Assembly: GCF_009914755.1 (NCBI RefSeq)
Contig: NC_060925.1
Direction: 5' to 3' (one strand)
Origin: the human T2T-CHM13v2.0 reference genome, Homo sapiens
DNA: 64,000 nt
Both the position numbers and the translations under genes were made by a program. A model generated the notes under the pieces. It did not search any database and had not been told where the DNA came from. It worked only from the letters and a program-made list of their open reading frames with translations. Numbering within the stretch: position 1 is the stretch's first letter; every line of letters begins with the position of its first letter. This document shows positions 57,000 to 64,000 of the stretch, in pieces.

Positions 57000-59900
57000 G
57001 AAATTGAAATGGATGGACTCATCATCGAATGGATTCGAATGGAATCATCGAATAAAATTGATTGAAATCATCATCGAATGGAATCGAATGGTATCATTGA
57101 ATGGAATCGAATGGAATCATCATCAGATGGAAATGAATGGAATCGTCATAGAATGGAATCGAATGGATTCATTGAATGGAATCAGATGGAATCATCGAAT
57201 GGACTGGAATGGAATCATTGAATGGACTCGAAAGGGATCATTATTGAATGGAATTGAATGGAATCATCGAATGGTCTCGATTGGAATCATTATCAAATGG
57301 AATCGAATGGAATCACCGAATAGAATCGAATGGAACAATCATCGAATGGACTCAAATGGAATTATCCTCAAATAGAATCGAATGGAATTATCGAATGCAA
57401 TCGAATGGAGTTATCGAATGCAATCGAATAGAATCATCGAATGGACTCGAATGGAATCATCGAATGGAATGGAATGGAACAGTCAATAAACTCGAATGGA
57501 ATCATCATTGAATGGAATCGAATGGAATCATCGAGTGGAATCGAATGGAATTATGATCAAATGGAATCGAATGTAATCATCATCAAATGGAATCAAAAAT
57601 AACCATCATCAATTGGTATTGAATGGAATTGTCATCAAATGGAATTCAAAGGAATCATCATCAAATGGAACCGAATGGAATCCTCATTGAATGGAAATGA
57701 AAGGGGTCATCATCTAATGGAATCGCATGGAATCATCATCAAATGGAATCGAATGGAATCATCATCAAATGGAATCGAATGGAATCATTGAAAGAATTGA
57801 ATGGAATCATCATCGAATGAATTGAATGCAATCATCGAATGGTCTCGAATGGAATCATCTTCTAATGGAAAGGAATGGAATCATCGCATAGAATCGAATG
57901 GAATTATCATCGAATGGAATCGAATGGTATCAACACCAAACGGAAAAAAACGGAATTATCGAATGGAATCGAAGAGAATCTTCGAACGGACCCGAATGGA
58001 ATCATCTAATGGAATGGAATGGAATAATCCATGGAGTCGAATGCAATCATCATCGAATGGAATCGAATGGAATCATCGAATGGACTCGAATGGAATAATC
58101 ATTGAACGGAATCGAATGGAATCATCATCGGATGGAAACGAATGGAATCATCATCGAATGGAAATGAAAGGAGTCATCATCTAATGGAATTGCATGGAAT
58201 CATCATCAAATGGAATCGAATGGAATCAACATCAAATGGAATCAAATGGAATCATTGAACGGAATTGAATGGAATCGTCATCGAATGAATTGAATGCAAT
58301 CATCGAATGGTCTCGAATGGAATCATCTTCAAATGGAATGGAATGGAATCATCGCATAGAATCGAATGGAATTATCATCGAATGGAATCGAATGGAATCA
58401 ACATCAAACGGAAAAAAACGTAATTATCGAATGGAATCGAAGAGAATCATCGAATGGACCCGAATGGAATCATCTAATGGAATGGAATGGAATAATCCAT
58501 GGACTCGAATGCAATCATCATCGAATGGAATCGAATGGAATCATCGAATGGACTCGAATGGAATAATCATTGAACGGAATCGAATGAAATCATCATCGGA
58601 TGGAAATGAATGGAATCATCATCGAATGGAATCGAATAGAATTATGGAATGAAATCCAGTGTGATCATCATCGAATGGACACGAATGGAATCATCATCCA
58701 ACGGAAGCTCATGGAATCAACATCGAATGAATCAAATGGAAACACCATCGAATTGAAACGAATGGAATTACCATGAAATTGAAATGGATGGACTCATCAT
58801 CAAATGGATTCGAGTGGAATCATCGAATAAAATTGATTGAAATCATCATCGAATGGAATCGAATGGTATCATTGAATGGAATCGAATGGAATCATCATCA
58901 GATGGAAATGAAAGGAATCGTCATAGAATGGAATCGAATGGATTCATTGAATGGAATCAGATGGAATCATTGAATGGACTGGAATGGAATCATTGAATGG
59001 ACTCGAAAGGGATCATGATTGAATGGAATTGAATGGAATCATCGAATGGTCTCGATTGGAATCATTATCAAATGGAATCGAATGGAATCACCGAATAGAA
59101 TCGAATGGAACAATCATCTAATGGACTCAAATGGAATTATCCTCAAATGGAATCGAATGGAATTATCGAATGCAATCGAATGGAATTATCGAATGCAATC
59201 GAAGAGAATCATCGAATGGACTCGAATGGAATCATCGAATGGAATGGAATGGAACAGTCAATGAACTCGAATGGAATCATCATTGAATGGAATCGAATGG
59301 AATCATCGAGTGGAATCGAATGGAATTATGATCAAATGGAATCGAATGTAATCATCATCAAATGGAATCAAAAATAACCATCATCAATTGGTATTGAATG
59401 GAATTCTCATCAAATGGAATTCAAAGGAATCATCATCAAATGGAACCGAATGGAATCCTCATTGAATGGAAATGAAAGGGGTCATCATCTAATGGAATCG
59501 CATGGAATCATCATCAAATGGAATCGAATGGAATCAACATCAAATGGAATCTAATGGAATCATTGAACGGAATTGAATGGAATCGTCATCGAATGAATTG
59601 AATGCAATCATCGAATGGTCTCGAATGGAATCATCTTCAAATGGAATGGAATGGAATCATCGCATAGAATCGAATGGAATTATCATCGAATGGAATCGAA
59701 TGGAATCAACATCAAACGGAAAAAAACGGAATTATCGAATGGAATCGAAGAGAATCTTCGAACGGACCCGAATGGAATCATCTAATGGAATGGAATGGAA
59801 TAATCCATGGACTCGAATGCAATCATCATCGAATGGAATCGAATGGAATCATCGAATGGACTCGAATGGAATAATCATTGAACGGAATCGAATGGAATCA

Positions 59901-62900
59901 TCATCGGATGGAAACGAATGGAATCATCATCGAATGGAAATGAAAGGAGTCATCATCTAATGGAATTGCATGGAATCATCATAAAATGGAATCGAATGGA
60001 ATCAACATCAAATGGAATCAAATGGAATCATTGAACGGAATTGAATGGAATCGTCATCGAATGAATTGAATGCAATCATCGAATGGTCTCGAATGGAATC
60101 ATCTTCAAATGGAATGGAATGGAATCATCGCATAGAATCGAATGGAATTATCATCGAATGGAATCGAATGGAATCAACATCAAACGGAAAAAAACGGAAT
60201 TATCGAATGGAATCGAAGAGAATCATCGAATGGACCCGAATGGAATCATCTAATGGAATGGAATGGAATAATCCATGGACTCGAATGCAATCATCATCGA
60301 ATGGAATCGAATGGAATCATCGAATGGACTCGAATGGAATAATCATTGAACGGAATCGAATGGAATCATCATCGGATGGAAATGAAAGGAGTCATCATCT
60401 AATGGAATTGCATGGAATCATCATAAAATGGAATCGAATGGAATCAACATCAAATGGAATCAAATGGAATCATTGAACGGAATTGAATGGAATCGTCATC
60501 GAATGAATTGAAAGCAATCATCGAATGGTCTCGAATGGAATCATCTTCAAATGGAATGGAATGGAATCATCGCATAGAATCGAATGGAATTATCATCGAA
60601 TGGAATCGAATGGAATCAACATCAAACGGAAAAAAACGGAATTATCGAATGGAATCGAAGAGAATCATCGAATGGACCCGAATGGAATCATCTAATGGAA
60701 TGGAATGGAATAATCCATGGACTCGAATGCAATCATCATCGAATGGAATCGAATGGAATCATCGAATGGACTCGAATGGAGTAATCATTGAACGGAATCG
60801 AATGGAATCATCATCGGATGGAAATGAATGGAATCATCATCGAATGGAATCGAATAGAATTATGGAATGAAATCCAGTGTGATCATCATCGAATGGACCC
60901 GAATGGAATCATCATCCAACGGAAGCTAATGGAATCAACATCGAATGAATCAAATGGAAACACCATCGAATTGAAACGAATGGAATTACCATGAAATTGA
61001 AATGGATGGACTCATCATCGAATGGATTCGAATGGAATCATCGAATAAAATTGATTGAAATCATCATCGAATGGAATCGAATGGTATCATTGAATGGAAT
61101 CGAATGGAATCATCATCAGATGGAAATGAATGGAATCGTCATAGAATGGAATCGAATGGATTCATTGAATGGAATCAGATGGAATCATCGAATGGACTGG
61201 AATGGAATCATTGAATGGACTCGAAAGGGATCATTATTGAATGGAATTGAATGGAATCATCGAATGGTCTCGATTGGAATCATTATCAAATGGAATCGAA
61301 TGGAATCACCGAATAGAATCGAATGGAACAATCATCGAATGGACTCAAATGGAATTATCCTCAAATAGAATCGAATGGAATTATCGAATGCAATCGAATG
61401 GAGTTATCGAATGCAATCGAATAGAATCATCGAATGGACTCGAATGGAATCATCGAATGGAATGGAATGGAACAGTCAATAAACTCGAATGGAATCATCA
61501 TTGAATGGAATCGAATGGAATCATCGAGTGGAATCGAATGGAATTATGATCAAATGGAATCGAATGTAATCATCATCAAATGGAATCAAAAATAACCATC
61601 ATCAATTGGTATTGAATGGAATTGTCATCAAATGGAATTCAAAGGAATCATCATCAAATGGAACCGAATGGAATCCTCATTGAATGGAAATGAAAGGGGT
61701 CATCATCTAATGGAATCGCATGGAATCATCATCAAATGGAATCGAATGGAATCATCATCAAATGGAATCGAATGGAATCATTGAAAGAATTGAATGGAAT
61801 CATCATCGAATGAATTGAATGCAATCATCGAATGGTCTCGAATGGAATCATCTTCTAATGGAAAGGAATGGAATCATCGCATAGAATCGAATGGAATTAT
61901 CATCGAATGGAATCGAATGGTATCAACACCAAACGGAAAAAAACGGAATTATCGAATGGAATCGAAGAGAATCTTCGAACGGACCCGAATGGAATCATCT
62001 AATGGAATGGAATGGAATAATCCATGGAGTCGAATGCAATCATCATCGAATGGAATCGAATGGAATCATCGAATGGACTCGAATGGAATAATCATTGAAC
62101 GGAATCGAATGGAATCATCATCGGATGGAAACGAATGGAATCATCATCGAATGGAAATGAAAGGAGTCATCATCTAATGGAATTGCATGGAATCATCATC
62201 AAATGGAATCGAATGGAATCAACATCAAATGGAATCAAATGGAATCATTGAACGGAATTGAATGGAATCGTCATCGAATGAATTGAATGCAATCATCGAA
62301 TGGTCTCGAATGGAATCATCTTCAAATGGAATGGAATGGAATCATCGCATAGAATCGAATGGAATTATCATCGAATGGAATCGAATGGAATCAACATCAA
62401 ACGGAAAAAAACGTAATTATCGAATGGAATCGAAGAGAATCATCGAATGGACCCGAATGGAATCATCTAATGGAATGGAATGGAATAATCCATGGACTCG
62501 AATGCAATCATCATCGAATGGAATCGAATGGAATCATCGAATGGACTCGAATGGAATAATCATTGAACGGAATCGAATGGAATCATCATCGGATGGAAAT
62601 GAATGGAATCATCATCGAATGGAATCGAATAGAATTATGGAATGAAATCCAGTGTGATCATCATCGAATGGACACGAATGGAATCATCATCCAACGGAAG
62701 CTAATGGAATCAACATCGAATGAATCAAATGGAAACACCATCGAATTGAAACGAATGGAATTACCATGAAATTGAAATGGATGGACTCATCATCAAATGG
62801 ATTCGAGTGGAATCATCGAATAAAATTGATTGAAATCATCATCGAATGGAATCGAATGGTATCATTGAATGGAATCGAATGGAATCATCATCAGATGGAA

Positions 62901-64000
62901 ATGAAAGGAATCGTCATAGAATGGAATCGAATGGATTCATTGAATGGAATCAGATGGAATCATTGAATGGACTGGAATGGAATCATTGAATGGACTCGAA
63001 AGGGATCATGATTGAATGGAATTGAATGGAATCATCGAATGGTCTCGATTGGAATCATTATCAAATGGAATCGAATGGAATCACCGAATAGAATCGAATG
63101 GAACAATCATCTAATGGACTCAAATGGAATTATCCTCAAATGGAATCGAATGGAATTATCGAATGCAATCGAATGGAATTATCGAATGCAATCGAAGAGA
63201 ATCATCGAATGGACTCGAATGGAATCATCGAATGGAATGGAATGGAACAGTCAATGAACTCGAATGGAATCATCATTGAATGGAATCGAATGGAATCATC
63301 GAGTGGAATCGAATGGAATTATGATCAAATGGAATCGAATGTAATCATCATCAAATGGAATCAAAAATAACCATCATCAATTGGTATTGAATGGAATTCT
63401 CATCAAATGGAATTCAAAGGAATCATCATCAAATGGAACCGAATGGAATCCTCATTGAATGGAAATGAAAGGGGTCATCATCTAATGGAATCGCATGGAA
63501 TCATCATCAAATGGAATCGAATGGAATCAACATCAAATGGAATCTAATGGAATCATTGAACGGAATTGAATGGAATCGTCATCGAATGAATTGAATGCAA
63601 TCATCGAATGGTCTCGAATGGAATCATCTTCAAATGGAATGGAATGGAATCATCGCATAGAATCGAATGGAATTATCATCGAATGGAATCGAATGGAATC
63701 AACATCAAACGGAAAAAAACGGAATTATCGAATGGAATCGAAGAGAATCTTCGAACGGACCCGAATGGAATCATCTAATGGAAAGGAATGGAATAATCCA
63801 TGGACTCGAATGCAATCATCATCGAATGGAATCGAATGGAATCATCGAATGGACTCGAATGGAATAATCATTGAACGGAATCGAATGGAATCATCATCGG
63901 ATGGAAACGAATGGAATCATCATCGAATGGAAATGAAAGGAGTCATCATCTAATGGAATTGCATGGAATCATCATAAAATGGAATCGAATGGAATCAACA
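57000..64000 (+). repeat. Recent 3993-bp-period duplication (1775 + 2218), second copy cut by window end
   Basis: Private variants are repeated at offset 3993: ctcaaatagaatcg, atggagttatcg, gtcaataaactc, the 1-bp deletion ttgaaagaattg (57788/61781), catggagtcg and aaaacgtaatt. Confidence 0.88.
59417..61634 (+). repeat. Second 2218-bp three-module unit
   Basis: Anchors at 59577, 60045, 60487. Same junction at ~60376 and same ttgaaagcaatc SNP as the 52340 unit (offset 7077). Confidence 0.92.

Larger units (their letters stand above)
1..64000 (+). repeat. Human satellite II (HSat2/HSATII) tandem array, ~1.8-kb HSat2A-type; likely pericentromeric 1q12 (D1Z1-like)
   Basis: Entire window consists of gaatggaatc/gaatggactc decamers plus atc/atcatc linkers. 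The reverse complement is CATTCGATTC/CATTCGATGAT, the HSat2 signature, rather than the long pure (CATTC)n runs of HSat3. TCGA sites are dense. One GAATTC recurs with a dominant 1776-bp period. The chromosome assignment rests on prior knowledge of the 1.77-kb EcoRI repeat. Confidence 0.97.

Noticed and set aside
274-63953. About 200 short + strand ORFs (60-163 aa; MESSSNE..., MKLKWMD..., rich in W/N/E/M/S/I)
   Set aside because: They are direct translations of GGAAT-derived repeats (MEWNGI/IEWNR), overlap in multiple frames, and are freely broken by stops between copies. They show no domain resemblance, and ATG is part of the repeat itself. Not called as CDS.
1-64000. CRISPR-like array or other repeat-spacer system
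   Set aside because: There are no unique spacers between constant repeats, since all sequence is satellite-derived, and there are no cas or other genes.
1-64000. HSat3 / DYZ1 or pathogenic (TGGAA)n expansion
   Set aside because: Pure GGAAT runs are only 3-4 copies, and CATTCGATTC-type monomers dominate. The 3552-bp period is a dimer of 1776, not the ~3.6-kb DYZ1 unit.
1-64000. Inversions, transposon insertions or non-satellite islands
   Set aside because: I saw no CATTC-strand segment, poly(A) tail, TSD-flanked insert, or Alu/L1 sequence. Unit lengths sum exactly to 63296 bp (114 to 63410), leaving no room for foreign inserts.

Overview
The whole 64-kb window is one uninterrupted, single-orientation array of human-type classical satellite II (HSat2/HSATII), with the GGAAT/GAATG-rich strand on +. 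It is built from diverged 23/26-bp monomers (gaatggaatc-gaatggaatc-atc[atc]) organised into a 1776-bp unit carrying one EcoRI site. That matches the ~1.77-kb EcoRI HSat2A repeat classically assigned to 1q12 (D1Z1/pUC1.77); the chromosome assignment is inferred, not proven. Measured from EcoRI position to EcoRI position (114 to 63410) I count 37 complete units: 25x1776, 3x1775, 3x1308, 1x1313, 2x2218, and one each of 670, 837 and 2391 bp. There are no credible genes, RNA genes, transposons or CRISPR arrays, and all listed ORFs are translation artefacts of the satellite. I found no new gene system. The real signal is array architecture: an internal 468-bp module at 1, 2 or 3 copies; SNP-defined higher-order repeats (7104-bp tetramer, 3552-bp dimer, 3993/7077-bp composites); readable microhomology breakpoints; apparent conversion tracts; and one short, much more diverged patch with a 147-bp duplication at ~16.0-16.5 kb. 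All comparisons were made by eye and from ORF-track offsets, not by alignment.
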